Positions 49,388-59,252 of a stretch of DNA of 64,000 bases are shown piece after piece; position 1 is the stretch's first letter, and each line of letters starts with the position of its first letter. The translations under genes and the position numbers were made by a program. The notes below the pieces were generated by a model. The model searched no databases and was not told the origin of the DNA. It saw nothing but the letters and a program-made list of their open reading frames with translations. The DNA is from a virus. The DNA lies in IMG/VR virus record IMGVR_UViG_3300046001_008198, positions 1 through 64,000 of that record; one strand, given 5' to 3'.

Positions 49388-50278
49388 TTATTTAAATTTT
49401 AATTTTGCTTTGAACATAAACTTATCACTTTTTTCTGTTATAAGTGGATTGTATTCTGCTAAGATGAAGGACATCATACGTGTTTTATCTTGCTTATAAA
49501 TACTTGGATCTCCATCACGTACAGCTGAATTTAATTCACATAATGTATCAATTGTATCAAGATGTAATTCTCCTTGAAATCCATTCTGTGATGTAGATGC
49601 TGATATAGTTTTAAGATAATTTAATAACACATCTCCTTTTAATATCTCTTTGTTTATATGACCAAGCATGATAAGATATTCAAATGATGTTACAGCATTC
49701 CATCTAAGACATGATGTTATACCGAGTTTTATATTTTCTGCATTTTCAGATGTCAACAAAGCTTTAGTTTTAGTATAGTCTTCTAGTTGCATAGTTGGTC
49801 TATCCATTAATCTAAAAAATTCAGATACAGGTACACGGATAGCAGATGATTTAGGATTTGGTGCACGAACAAAACTTTTTGTATGCCCTACGCTTTCATT
49901 AGTTTTATCCATATCTGCTGTAAATACTGTTGCCTCAGGATACTCTTCTAATATTTCTTTGGCAATGTCTATAATATTAGCATCTTGAGATGCAAATGCA
50001 GGAATTACTTTCATATATTCTATTGATAATTTATCAATAAATAATATATTTTCAAGTGTTCTGTTAACAGCAAATGGACTTATTGTTATAGGAGATCCTT
50101 GAATTTGGAATACTATATCGGTCGATGATTGCTTTTGCTTTTTGAACCAATCAATTTGTATATCAGAAGCCTTTATTTTAGGACATAAAGCTTCAACAAA
50201 AGTTGTAACACAAGAAGCTGTGTATTTAACTTGGGTTAGGTTTTCTTTTAATACTTCTTTGAAGATAATTATTTCCAT
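49388..50278 (-). CDS. Hypothetical protein (296 aa)
   Basis: Long ORF downstream of MoxR. Confidence 0.75.
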   Translation of the reverse strand: MEIIIFKEVLKENLTQVKYTASCVTTFVEALCPKIKASDIQIDWFKKQKQSSTDIVFQIQGSPITISPFAVNRTLENILFIDKLSIEYMKVIPAFASQDANIIDIAKEILEEYPEATVFTADMDKTNESVGHTKSFVRAPNPKSSAIRVPVSEFFRLMDRPTMQLEDYTKTKALLTSENAENIKLGITSCLRWNAVTSFEYLIMLGHINKEILKGDVLLNYLKTISASTSQNGFQGELHLDTIDTLCELNSAVRDGDPSIYKQDKTRMMSFILAEYNPLITEKSDKFMFKAKLKFK

Positions 50279-50285
50279 TGTTTTT

Positions 50286-50312
50286 AAAAAAAGGGAGAAC
50301 CGAAGTCCTCCC
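50286..50312 (-). terminator. Intrinsic terminator with C(UUCG)G tetraloop
   Basis: GGGAGGAC-UUCG-GUUCUCCC + U7. Confidence 0.88.
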
Positions 50313-50319
50313 GTAATTA

Positions 50320-51525
50320 TTATTCCATTACTGTTTGGTAGATGGCATTGTTAAGAAGTAAGTCATTCCACTTGTCATCTCCTCCTACTAATTTACGAGT
50401 GAGTACAAAGCGTAAGTCTGCTCCTAAACATTTGCTGTCAATCAAATCAACAACTCGTTGGATCATTACTTTATCAACCTGATTCTTTTGTACTACATGC
50501 TGAAGATGATTTGCTACACGAACCATAAGAACATTTGCAATGTCAGCACGGTATGTTGTACCAGATGAGCATACATTATTTATTTCCGATAAGATGTTTG
50601 CAAAAGGAATACTCAAGTCAAAGATTTTATCAGGAGAAATAATCATATCCATTTTGTTATGAATGAATGATGTGAACATTGATGCAGCTTCGCTACCTAA
50701 AGAACCTTCACCTAACATTTGGATAAGCTCTAAGTTTTGTTCGAAGTTTTGGAAGGTGCTGATCACTGAGAAGAACATTGAGATCGATCTTGGATTTACC
50801 TCTGGTCTTTTGTCATCGATTAGTTCTGGAGTCATCAATACAAAATTGATACATCTCGAATCTATTCCTGATTTCACTGCCCATTCAGCCCAAACTTCAG
50901 CATCAAACTTTACAAATAAGTTTAAGTATCTTGATTGTTGAGCAGGATCTTGGTATGCAACAGTGTAAATTCCGTCATCTGGATTAGATGATAAAAGAAT
51001 TGTCCAATCTTTTGGTAACTCCCAAGTCATATACTTCTGAGTACTAATCAAATTCATTACTGCTTGAGTGAACTGAGGGGCAGCGCGCGTATAATCATCA
51101 AGGATTAAAATACCTGCACCTTTCTTACCTTTAATCCATTGAGGTTCTGAATATGCCATACGTGAATCTGTAGTCACAACATATCCTAAAGTCTTATATG
51201 AATCAATTGCTTTTTCTCTTACCCATATTGAATCAACTACATCTCCTTTTTTGCAGACCATTTTATATTCTTCAACAGGAAGACCAATTAAATCACCTAT
51301 CTCTTGCATCTCAGCCATGTTTACCTGAGTCACATTATTTGCTGGATAACCAAGCATTTGTCCAACCTGATTGATTGCAGATGTTTTACCTAGTCCTGCT
51401 GGACCTACTATGTTTGCTGCTACAGGAGGAAGACCTTTAGCTGAATTTACTTTATTCGCTGCAATAATATGTAACATTACATTTTGCAATTCTTGAATAT
51501 TTACCTCGGTGTTTTTTGATGCCAT
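50320..51525 (-). CDS. MoxR-like AAA+ ATPase (401 aa)
   Basis: GPAGLGKT Walker A, ILILDDYTRA Walker B, SSNP sensor, PRS; adjacent to VWA gene. Confidence 0.85.
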   Translation of the reverse strand: MASKNTEVNIQELQNVMLHIIAANKVNSAKGLPPVAANIVGPAGLGKTSAINQVGQMLGYPANNVTQVNMAEMQEIGDLIGLPVEEYKMVCKKGDVVDSIWVREKAIDSYKTLGYVVTTDSRMAYSEPQWIKGKKGAGILILDDYTRAAPQFTQAVMNLISTQKYMTWELPKDWTILLSSNPDDGIYTVAYQDPAQQSRYLNLFVKFDAEVWAEWAVKSGIDSRCINFVLMTPELIDDKRPEVNPRSISMFFSVISTFQNFEQNLELIQMLGEGSLGSEAASMFTSFIHNKMDMIISPDKIFDLSIPFANILSEINNVCSSGTTYRADIANVLMVRVANHLQHVVQKNQVDKVMIQRVVDLIDSKCLGADLRFVLTRKLVGGDDKWNDLLLNNAIYQTVME

Positions 51526-51532
51526 AATTAAT

Positions 51533-53892
51533 TTACATTTCTAGTTTGATACATTTTCCTGGAAGGTCGTCATTCATTCCGCTTACGGATGACAGAACCC
51601 ATAATATATTCCCTCTTGCATTTTCTGGAGCAGAACATTCTCCGTCTGTAAAATAAATCAGACATGAGTATTTACTTAAATTTTTGCGATACATATCTAT
51701 AACAGGTTGAAATTCTGTACCTCCTCGACCATTGATTTTAATATTGGCTCTTGGATTATACCTAATCACATTGTTAATTCTTGTATCACATAATACAACT
51801 GTTACATCGTGACCTGTACGATAGATGTGATGTATTTCATGCATGAATTCTGTAAGCTCATCGTTGCTTACACTAGCACTGGTGTCAATTGCTACAAGTA
51901 TATGTGAGAAATCTTTTCTTTTTAAACCAGGCATGTCAGAAAAGCGATTACTCTTTTTTCTTTTAGTGGTTACAAAATGGCACTTCACTGAAGTCCCTAC
52001 AAAGTTTCTTACAAATCCTCTCCAATTGAATTTTGGTGGAGTGATATCAACTATTTTATCAAGGATGTGCTTAACATCGAAAGGTAATGTACCTCGTGCT
52101 TTAGTCACTTCCTTAACAGCTTGGTCAATTGAATGAGCAAAACCTCGGTCTAAGATTTCTTTCATGGTATTACTCATACCTTCTATCTCATCCCATTGAT
52201 GATTTGGATTGTGTAATGGTTTACCATCGTCACCCATAACCATTTTACCACCAGGTTGACCTTCACCATCACCATCACTACCTGCTCCTTGACCATCACC
52301 TTCTTGGCTCTGGTTCAATAAATCTTTTAAAGCCTGTGAGTTTGGACAACCTGCTTCTTTTTCCTGAAGCAAAGCTTTGTAATAAAAGTTTGTGTCTTTT
52401 CCAGCAGGAAGATTTAAATCTTTGAATGCTTCTAAAGTACAGCCTCCTTCAGGTAATAACTCAGTAGGTATATCCTGATTGATATAAATATCCATTGCCA
52501 TGTTTGACAATTCTTTATCTTTCAAGTGACCAAAATCGGTAAGGTGGAAGAAACATATATGCCTTCATTATGTTAACTATAATTTTCATTATAGATCGGA
52601 CTATACCTTCATCTCATTGAGATGGCTTATTGTAGTCTCTGAACCTCCTTCTTGGTTTATAGGTATCAAAATAATTTTTATAGATATTATACTTTCTTTC
52701 TAAACATATTGTATGATTAGAATACATATAATTGTATAATATTAAACTATCTTGAATAGAAAAAGATAATAGGTAAACACCTGTAAATGATAATGTTTTC
52801 TTATGTGTTGGCAGAATAGTTATTAAATCTTTTAAAAATAATTCTGATCCTGAACAAATTTCTGTTTGCAATCGGATCCAATCTTGTGATTTAATATTCC
52901 TACTTACTCTAACACATCCATCACCATCAAAATAACCTCTTACAAAATGACTATATAAAGCATCATTTAATTTTGGTAATCTAATGGTTAATGATTTAGC
53001 TGATGTACAGCCTAGATTTATTAAATCTTGTTTCATTTTTGATGAACAAAGTCTAGCTTTCCATATTACACTTTTGTATTTATTGTGTATTTCTTTGGTT
53101 ATGAAGCCGGTATATTGTAGATCTTTTAAAAATGATTCTATGACTATTTTATCCTTCGATGTTAAGAAAACATTGTTGTTGTTTTTACCTATATTACCAT
53201 CGGCAAATAAGAATCCTAACCAGTAAGCTTTTCTTTCTGTATTTATATTTTCAAAATAATTATCATCACATGTAAATTTTAAAGCAGCTTCGGATGAAGT
53301 TCTTATATGATGATTGTTTCTTTTTAGAATTCTGAATACAGTTTTTCTATCTATACTAATTAGATTTGCTATTTTATCTGCTGATAATTTTTGATCAGTG
53401 TATAAATTTAACACTTGATCTTCTTTTTCTTTTACCATTATATGTAATTATATATGTACAAATGTACCTATTATTTTTAAATTACACAAGAAGTTTGGCT
53501 GCGGATTTCCCATTCGGACATCTTTATCTTTTTTACTATACCTGAGTGATTAATTCAGCCGCATACTATGTTACCATGTATGTTTAGTAGATAAAGCTTT
53601 AGGGGGTCCCCGTCAATTTAAAGCATTTTTACATGTACATCACTATACAAGGAGCCCAGACGTTAAGCTCATGGATTAATAATCCTTTCTTATGAGGTTC
53701 AGGTAAACTATCCCAGAAGTCAGGATTGATAAGCAGTTGATAGTTGATTCCATTAAGGCCAACACCTGCTGTTTTAGTTTTTCTTGTTACTTGTTTATTC
53801 AAACTAAGTAATACAAGTCCGTAAAAAGGCTCATCAAATATAAGCTGTTTACAGATTTTAAATACCGAATCTAAAACTTTTTGTTCACTCAT
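51533..53892 (-). CDS. Intron-split metallopeptidase/VWA protein (DUF2201-like), 419 aa after splicing; exon1 53666-53892, exon2 51533-52565
   Basis: Splicing joins CAT GAG CT|A AGG CAT = HELRH (HExxH); 227+1033=1260 nt in frame; C-terminal MIDAS VAIDTSASV, GRGGTEF, FTDGE. Confidence 0.88.
52614..53438 (-). CDS. Double-motif LAGLIDADG homing endonuclease with N-terminal HTH (274 aa)
   Basis: AYWLGFLFADGNI and FVRGYFDGDGC motifs; N-terminal LSADKIANLISIDRKTVFRILKR. Confidence 0.9.
   Translation of the reverse strand: MVKEKEDQVLNLYTDQKLSADKIANLISIDRKTVFRILKRNNHHIRTSSEAALKFTCDDNYFENINTERKAYWLGFLFADGNIGKNNNNVFLTSKDKIVIESFLKDLQYTGFITKEIHNKYKSVIWKARLCSSKMKQDLINLGCTSAKSLTIRLPKLNDALYSHFVRGYFDGDGCVRVSRNIKSQDWIRLQTEICSGSELFLKDLITILPTHKKTLSFTGVYLLSFSIQDSLILYNYMYSNHTICLERKYNIYKNYFDTYKPRRRFRDYNKPSQ
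53459..53490 (-). promoter_or_regulatory. Intron-internal Bacteroidota-type promoter for the endonuclease (CTTG-N20-TACATTTG)
   Basis: Exact TAnnTTTG, 20-nt spacer, TTG upstream; 20 nt before endonuclease ATG. Confidence 0.6.
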
Positions 53893-54368
53893 GGTAAATC
53901 ATCTGATTCAATTAAAAATTCTGGGTCTAATGGTTCTGCCGACATAGATATTAAACTTTTCTTTTGAGCTTTAACATCAGGTGTTAACTCTTTTAGAGAT
54001 GCGAATAATACTTTTGTTTGCTCGACATAATAATGTTCTAAGGCATGAACATTGATCGATGATTTATATTTAGCCGTTTTGATAACTAATTTAACCAACT
54101 GTGTAAGATCAATATCCTCATCTGAATTATGGTTTTCATGCAGATTAACTTTCAAATCTTTGAATGCCGCATAGAAAACTTTTATATCATCTTTGTATGT
54201 TGATGCGGAACTTTCTTGTTTTAAACAAAAATCTTTCATCAATAACATTGAAGCTATACAGTTTTTATCTGTTAGTTTGTTAGTAAGAAATAATATAAGC
54301 ATCTTATGATCCGCAGGTGAAGACCCGCTTATGAAACCTAAATGCTTTTCAAATTCTGATTGTGTCAT
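53889..54368 (-). CDS. Hypothetical protein (159 aa)
   Basis: ORF with overlaps to both neighbours. Confidence 0.72.
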   Translation of the reverse strand: MTQSEFEKHLGFISGSSPADHKMLILFLTNKLTDKNCIASMLLMKDFCLKQESSASTYKDDIKVFYAAFKDLKVNLHENHNSDEDIDLTQLVKLVIKTAKYKSSINVHALEHYYVEQTKVLFASLKELTPDVKAQKKSLISMSAEPLDPEFLIESDDLP

Positions 54369-55351
54369 TTGTAATATGTATTAAAGGTTGTGGTTAAACT
54401 TTTCAGCATAAACAATCTTGAGTTTGCAACACCGTGTTCTTTCAAACAATCAGCTACATCCTTTTCAATTGTAAAGTTTATACTTTGTAAATCGAATCTT
54501 TCTTTGTAGACAGCAGCACTTTTTAATCCTGCTGCATCGTTATCAAATAAGATTGAGATGAATGGATATTTTGATTTGAAAAATAGCATATCCGCTTCAC
54601 TGAGTATACTGTTTTCACTGTCGGCCGCAATGCATTCCATGCCTGATATCTTTAAGCGTTTGAAGGCTGCAATATCTTTAATGCCGCTTTGTATAAGTAA
54701 CCAAGGAGCTTTGTATTGAAGTTGATCTTTACCTTGGATGTAATCTTTAACCTTAATGTATTTGGTTTTCTTCTCTCCTGGATTATAAATCTTATACAGT
54801 TCTCCTGCAGCAGTAAAGAAACCATAGCATAAAGGCTTATCAAATTGAAAGTACTCTGTATTAACACCGAGTTTCTTTTCAAAGATATACTTTGATAAAG
54901 GTTTTACATTTAAATAATTCAGGATGTCAGATCCTATATGAAACTGTGACCAGTGCTCTTGATCTAAAGTGTTCCAACCTCTAACTTCATGGTGTGTAAT
55001 AGTCCATACAGGTTTTGTAAAAGTGCTTAGTGTATGAGAGTGAATATCAGTATTGCCTTCTTTGTATAGATTAAATATTTTTCTATAGGCTTCCTGCTTA
55101 TCCAGATTGTATAACAGCTGAACCAAATGTACTCCGTCTCCTTTATAACCGCTGCTGAAATCTACAAATTTGTATTTGCCAGCCTCATTTATATAAAGCA
55201 TGAAGGATGGATCAGTGTCTTGAGCATTGAATACAGAGCGGATTTTAATTGTTTGACCTATAAGTTTTTCATTGATTGGTAGAAAGTTTTCGAACACCCA
55301 TTCATTAGGTACAGGAAAATTTTCATGATCGAATTGAAATGTTGAAATCAT
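54365..55351 (-). CDS. DnaG-type (TOPRIM) DNA primase (328 aa)
   Basis: LLIQSGIKD and ILFDNDAAG TOPRIM motifs, KDVAD; N-terminal domain lacks Zn-ligand Cys. Confidence 0.82.
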   Translation of the reverse strand: MISTFQFDHENFPVPNEWVFENFLPINEKLIGQTIKIRSVFNAQDTDPSFMLYINEAGKYKFVDFSSGYKGDGVHLVQLLYNLDKQEAYRKIFNLYKEGNTDIHSHTLSTFTKPVWTITHHEVRGWNTLDQEHWSQFHIGSDILNYLNVKPLSKYIFEKKLGVNTEYFQFDKPLCYGFFTAAGELYKIYNPGEKKTKYIKVKDYIQGKDQLQYKAPWLLIQSGIKDIAAFKRLKISGMECIAADSENSILSEADMLFFKSKYPFISILFDNDAAGLKSAAVYKERFDLQSINFTIEKDVADCLKEHGVANSRLFMLKSLTTTFNTYYK

Positions 55352-55362
55352 ATCTGTAAAAT

Positions 55363-55394
55363 AAAAAAGGGTGAAGTATGTACCTCACCCTTTT
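55363..55394 (-). terminator. Intrinsic terminator (possibly bidirectional)
   Basis: GGGUGAGG-6nt-CUUCACCC + U6; flanked by A4/T4 tracts. Confidence 0.8.
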
Positions 55395-55411
55395 ATTGTG
55401 ACTAATATTAA

Positions 55412-56206
55412 TTATGCATCTAGCAAATCATCTGCTGCTGAAGGTGCATTATTCTTTTCCCAAGGTAAATCACTTGCGTCTTCATCTTGCATGAATTTTT
55501 CAGCGTTTCCTGGACTAGCTGTTGGGATGTTATCTCCTGTGAATCCTCCTACTGGTTTAGCAGAACTCTTCTCACCTTGGATATGTAATACAGGATCGAA
55601 CCTTTGAACAGGTGTCTCACTTGTATCATTACCAAAAGTTTTGAATCCTTTCTCTGGCTTAGGAAGGAACAACCAGTATTGAGGGTATCCTGCCTCATTA
55701 ATTTGCTTATCTGCAGCAAGACAGAAGTTTAAGAACACATCTTTGAATGCTACTTCAGCATTGAATGCCTCACCTAATGCTTCCCATGTTGGGTAGTTTG
55801 AATCCTTGTCAAACCATTCTTGATTTCCAACAGTTTCCTGAGCGACTCTTCTCAGGAAAGCAATTGTTTGTTCAGCATCAGTCTTAGTGATCATCTCACC
55901 TGACTTCTTGTCTTTGAAAGTGAATGTACTGAAAGGAAAGTCAGATGCTTTGACTGTTCCTACACGACCAAGAAAAGTTCCTTGTGTTGGATCATTCTTA
56001 TCAATTTGAAATCCTTTGAAGTCTCCTCCAATAGGTTCTGTTTCTATACGCAATTTGACTGTTACCTCATTGCGAGTTTTCTTTTCATTGTACTTGGCTG
56101 TAATAGTTACCTCGTTGATCTTCGCTCTTACATTACCCGGGTTGATAGACATACCACCTGTTGATACTTTTTCAACACCTACTCCTTTTGTTCCGATACC
56201 TGACAT
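55412..56206 (-). CDS. Putative single-stranded DNA-binding protein (264 aa)
   Basis: Next to primase and Sak4-like ATPase; acidic tail DASDLPWE...DDLLDA. Confidence 0.5.
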   Translation of the reverse strand: MSGIGTKGVGVEKVSTGGMSINPGNVRAKINEVTITAKYNEKKTRNEVTVKLRIETEPIGGDFKGFQIDKNDPTQGTFLGRVGTVKASDFPFSTFTFKDKKSGEMITKTDAEQTIAFLRRVAQETVGNQEWFDKDSNYPTWEALGEAFNAEVAFKDVFLNFCLAADKQINEAGYPQYWLFLPKPEKGFKTFGNDTSETPVQRFDPVLHIQGEKSSAKPVGGFTGDNIPTASPGNAEKFMQDEDASDLPWEKNNAPSAADDLLDA

Positions 56207-56238
56207 GATTTACCTGTATTAAATTGTTATGTTATAAA

Positions 56239-57036
56239 TTACTTAGTCTTTGGGAAAATTTTATCCCAGTGTGTGATAAGTTCATCCTTATCATTATATT
56301 CAGAAATAAGAATATGTTCTTTTTCTAAATCTCTAAAGCGACCACCTGCTGTGGTATCTTCTGATGCATTGAAGTTAATCCAGTTCTGCTTTCCTTTTCT
56401 GTAAAGGTATCCTGCAGCATCTGCATTAAACATTGTTACAAATCTAGTACGCTTACTTAATTGTAAATCGATTTCTGTTTTATCAACTCCATCTTTGCTA
56501 ACTGTATTTGTAACACTGTGAGCAAGAATAATTAACTTTGGCGCACATCTTTCTAGCTTTTTAAGAACAGCTTCAAAGGCATCAGCTACATACTTTTGAC
56601 CTTTTCCGAAAGGAAGATTGGTTAAAGAACCGTATCTAGCTTTCCCAGATTTTGCATGTAATGAACCGTCTTCATTTTGAAGGAACCATTTCTCACCTTC
56701 AGGGGAGTTTGCATAGTTAACTTCTGCTTGCGTCATACACATCTCTTCAAGACTTGAAGCTGTATCAATGGTGATGTATTGATAAGGAGCTTTGCCTGAA
56801 GATTTAATTGCAGCATGAATTGCATCACATACCCCGTCTACATCAGAATACTTTCTGATTTGGATTGCCATTGCAGCTATTGCCAAGGAACCTTTTTCAA
56901 AGTCCAAGATTAAATTGTTGGGCAACTCAGCTACGACAGTTGTTTTACCTGTCTTAGGTCTTGAAAATAATACAAGCCTCGATGGTGATGTGATTTGTGC
57001 TGGTCTTTTTTCTGTAGGAAGATTTATTTCTGCCAT
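56239..57036 (-). CDS. Sak4/AAA_24-type RecA-fold ATPase (265 aa)
   Basis: SRPKTGKTT, LILDFEKGS, ITIDTASSL, IILAH. Confidence 0.8.
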   Translation of the reverse strand: MAEINLPTEKRPAQITSPSRLVLFSRPKTGKTTVVAELPNNLILDFEKGSLAIAAMAIQIRKYSDVDGVCDAIHAAIKSSGKAPYQYITIDTASSLEEMCMTQAEVNYANSPEGEKWFLQNEDGSLHAKSGKARYGSLTNLPFGKGQKYVADAFEAVLKKLERCAPKLIILAHSVTNTVSKDGVDKTEIDLQLSKRTRFVTMFNADAAGYLYRKGKQNWINFNASEDTTAGGRFRDLEKEHILISEYNDKDELITHWDKIFPKTK

Positions 57037-57037
57037 A

Positions 57038-57580
57038 TTATTTAATTGATTTGGTTACTGCTTCATTGAGCCATGCTTTTTTACTACATGGTACTCGTAG
57101 ATGTATCGCTGCGTAATCACGCAATGACATTTGTTTTGCGGGTCCATCGCTTTCCGGATCTTCAATGAGTCCGAAGTCGTAGACTTCTCCTGATTCCTCA
57201 TCATCATTCATAGGAAGTACAACAATTTCTAAAGCACTGGTCGGGACTACATATCCTAATCCTGTACTGATAGTTCTTGTTTCATACTCCTGTTTGTAAT
57301 GAGGATTATGGGGAAGTTTATATAATGTGTGAGTAGGATCTTCGGATTCATAAGCTCGGTTTACGAACTCTAAATAAATATCCTTTCCTGCCTCACATTC
57401 ACTAGGAAATAAAGTTATGACCTGTCTCTCCTTGTATTGATACACCATCTTAGGTGTGAATACAGGATCCGTGATACCTATTTGCATTAAGCCTGGTATA
57501 TGACGGAGAAGCAGGTCTGCTATCTTTTCCTTGTTTGTTTTTTCTGTGGACCCTTGACTTGGTGGTGTTACACTTACCAT
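57038..57580 (-). CDS. Hypothetical protein (180 aa)
   Basis: ORF tiling the operon; C-terminal MSLRDYAAIHLRVP. Confidence 0.72.
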   Translation of the reverse strand: MVSVTPPSQGSTEKTNKEKIADLLLRHIPGLMQIGITDPVFTPKMVYQYKERQVITLFPSECEAGKDIYLEFVNRAYESEDPTHTLYKLPHNPHYKQEYETRTISTGLGYVVPTSALEIVVLPMNDDEESGEVYDFGLIEDPESDGPAKQMSLRDYAAIHLRVPCSKKAWLNEAVTKSIK

Positions 57581-57581
57581 G

Positions 57582-58634
57582 TTATGCTGATATTTTTGGT
57601 CCTGGTTTTTGCATTACACCCGGAGTTGTCATTTCTTCAATGGTCATGTGTTCAAATTTAGCTCTAAAGAAACTCATTCGTGTATCGCCTGTTCGAGTCT
57701 TGAGGATGTGTGCTACCAATACGGTATCATCTTCAATAATAAATCCTTCAGGGCCATACACATCGATATGTCTTAGAGCAGGTCTATCCCATACCATTAA
57801 GAAATCCGCGTGTTGTAATAAAGCATCAGCTCCGAAGATGTCCTCATCGTTTGGATAATTTCCATACTTGTTTGGTTCACATCTAGCTGGTGTTGTGATG
57901 CTTCGATTTAATTGAGAAAGAATAACAAAGATAATAGGGTATGCTTTCTTGAGTTCGGTACATACTTCACCTAATTCATTTAACATATCCATTGTTGTTT
58001 GACCTTGACCTTTTCGAAATAAAACCGAGTGGTCAATTGTAACAAGAGTGTTACGGTAAATTACCATATCAATCTCTTGTTCATTCTTTACTCTTTTTTC
58101 GGTACGACATTTAGCTTTCATGTACTCAATGACTTCTTTGCGAAATTCTTTCACAGTCATTTGACGATCTACAATATCGATAGCGAAGTGAGATGCTTTT
58201 ACAGCATGCTCTTGACAGATAGTAAATATCTCATCGCTGAGTACTATTCCTTCTTGTTCAGCACTACATAAATACTTGTAACTTCTTTTTGTTATAGCGG
58301 AGAATTCTCTAATTTTTGAGTTTCTACCAACCATTTCCAAACTGAAATCAAGTACAGTCATGTCGAGGTCTGCATTTTCAGGAGAGAAAGCGTGACGGAC
58401 AATCATATCCTTACTCAAGGTTTTACCTCCACCTGGTCTGGATCCAATGATGTTGATTGAATGGAACTCCCATCCTTTAATACCTGCATCATTGATTTTA
58501 CCCCATGGTGTTTTCATGGTTTGGTTCTTACCTTGCTGTCCTTTCTTTAGATACACTAAAGCTTCTTGATAGTGCTTTGCGTGCGGTTTCCAACTTGGAA
58601 TGTATGTATCTGGTTTTGTAACTTTCTGTGTCAT
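57582..58634 (-). CDS. dnaB: DnaB-like SF4 replicative helicase (350 aa)
   Basis: GSRPGGGKT, FSLEM, VTIDH, LSQLNR, DALLQHAD, KTRTG. Confidence 0.9.
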   Translation of the reverse strand: MTQKVTKPDTYIPSWKPHAKHYQEALVYLKKGQQGKNQTMKTPWGKINDAGIKGWEFHSINIIGSRPGGGKTLSKDMIVRHAFSPENADLDMTVLDFSLEMVGRNSKIREFSAITKRSYKYLCSAEQEGIVLSDEIFTICQEHAVKASHFAIDIVDRQMTVKEFRKEVIEYMKAKCRTEKRVKNEQEIDMVIYRNTLVTIDHSVLFRKGQGQTTMDMLNELGEVCTELKKAYPIIFVILSQLNRSITTPARCEPNKYGNYPNDEDIFGADALLQHADFLMVWDRPALRHIDVYGPEGFIIEDDTVLVAHILKTRTGDTRMSFFRAKFEHMTIEEMTTPGVMQKPGPKISA

Positions 58635-59227
58635 ACTACGCGGGTTTTAAATACCTTCTTTTCTTGAGGTATATCTCCTTGATTTAATCGATCACAATAG
58701 TTTGCCAATTCAGAAACAAGCATTTTATTCCTCTCTTTACATATAAAATACATAGCTGTTGCCATGTACATGTATGGTGGAGAAGCTTGTTGATACTCAT
58801 TGATATACATTTGGGTTGCTTTAAGCACAATATCCCAGGAGTAATCGTATTCTGTAAAGAACCATAGCATATTCTTTTCTATGTTCTTTTTATCACCCTT
58901 CGCATACTTTTTACTTGGTAGTATGCCGTCAGGAAATATATTGATAAACTTTTGTAGATTCTCAGTAAATTCTGGAGTAACCTTTGCGCTTTCGACAAGC
59001 TTCTTCTTAGTTGTAAAGAAAGCTTCTATCTTTTTTACCAATGCTATTGTTGTACTACTTAGTACTCCGTGATCGTCAAGTGTTCCTTCAGGAAGAGAAC
59101 TTCTTACTGAGTCAGGTAACTTACTTATATCCTCTGGATGAATGTACAAGTGATGCATTATACTGTATTGGTAAATAGATAGTTTTGCTTTTTTAATAGC
59201 CTCGAAAAAGTATGTTTGTTTTAACAT
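58631..59227 (-). CDS. Hypothetical replication-associated protein (198 aa)
   Basis: Directly upstream of DnaB with overlap; function inferred from position only. Confidence 0.65.
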   Translation of the reverse strand: MLKQTYFFEAIKKAKLSIYQYSIMHHLYIHPEDISKLPDSVRSSLPEGTLDDHGVLSSTTIALVKKIEAFFTTKKKLVESAKVTPEFTENLQKFINIFPDGILPSKKYAKGDKKNIEKNMLWFFTEYDYSWDIVLKATQMYINEYQQASPPYMYMATAMYFICKERNKMLVSELANYCDRLNQGDIPQEKKVFKTRVV

Positions 59228-59252
59228 AAGGGGTTATAAAAATACAACTTTT

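Larger units (their letters stand above)
52566..53665 (-). mobile_element. Group I self-splicing intron (1100 nt) with LAGLIDADG homing endonuclease
   Basis: Exon ends in U paired to G in P1 (GAGCU/GGCUC); P2 UGUAUA-GUGA-UGUACA; P AAAUUGACGGGGA; Q GGAAAUCCGCAGCC; R GUUCAGAGACUAC; P8 CAUCUC/GAGAUG; S AAGGUAUAGUCC; P9 CUAUAAU-GAAA-AUUAUAG; terminal G. Confidence 0.92.

Noticed and set aside
51533-52525. TTG-started 330-aa ORF and the 87-aa ORF at 53629-53892 as separate genes
   Set aside because: Better explained as two exons of one intron-split gene
16434-58634. Inteins in vRNAP, PolB or DnaB
   Set aside because: Catalytic motifs are normally spaced and no Hint or LAGLIDADG segment was seen in these proteins
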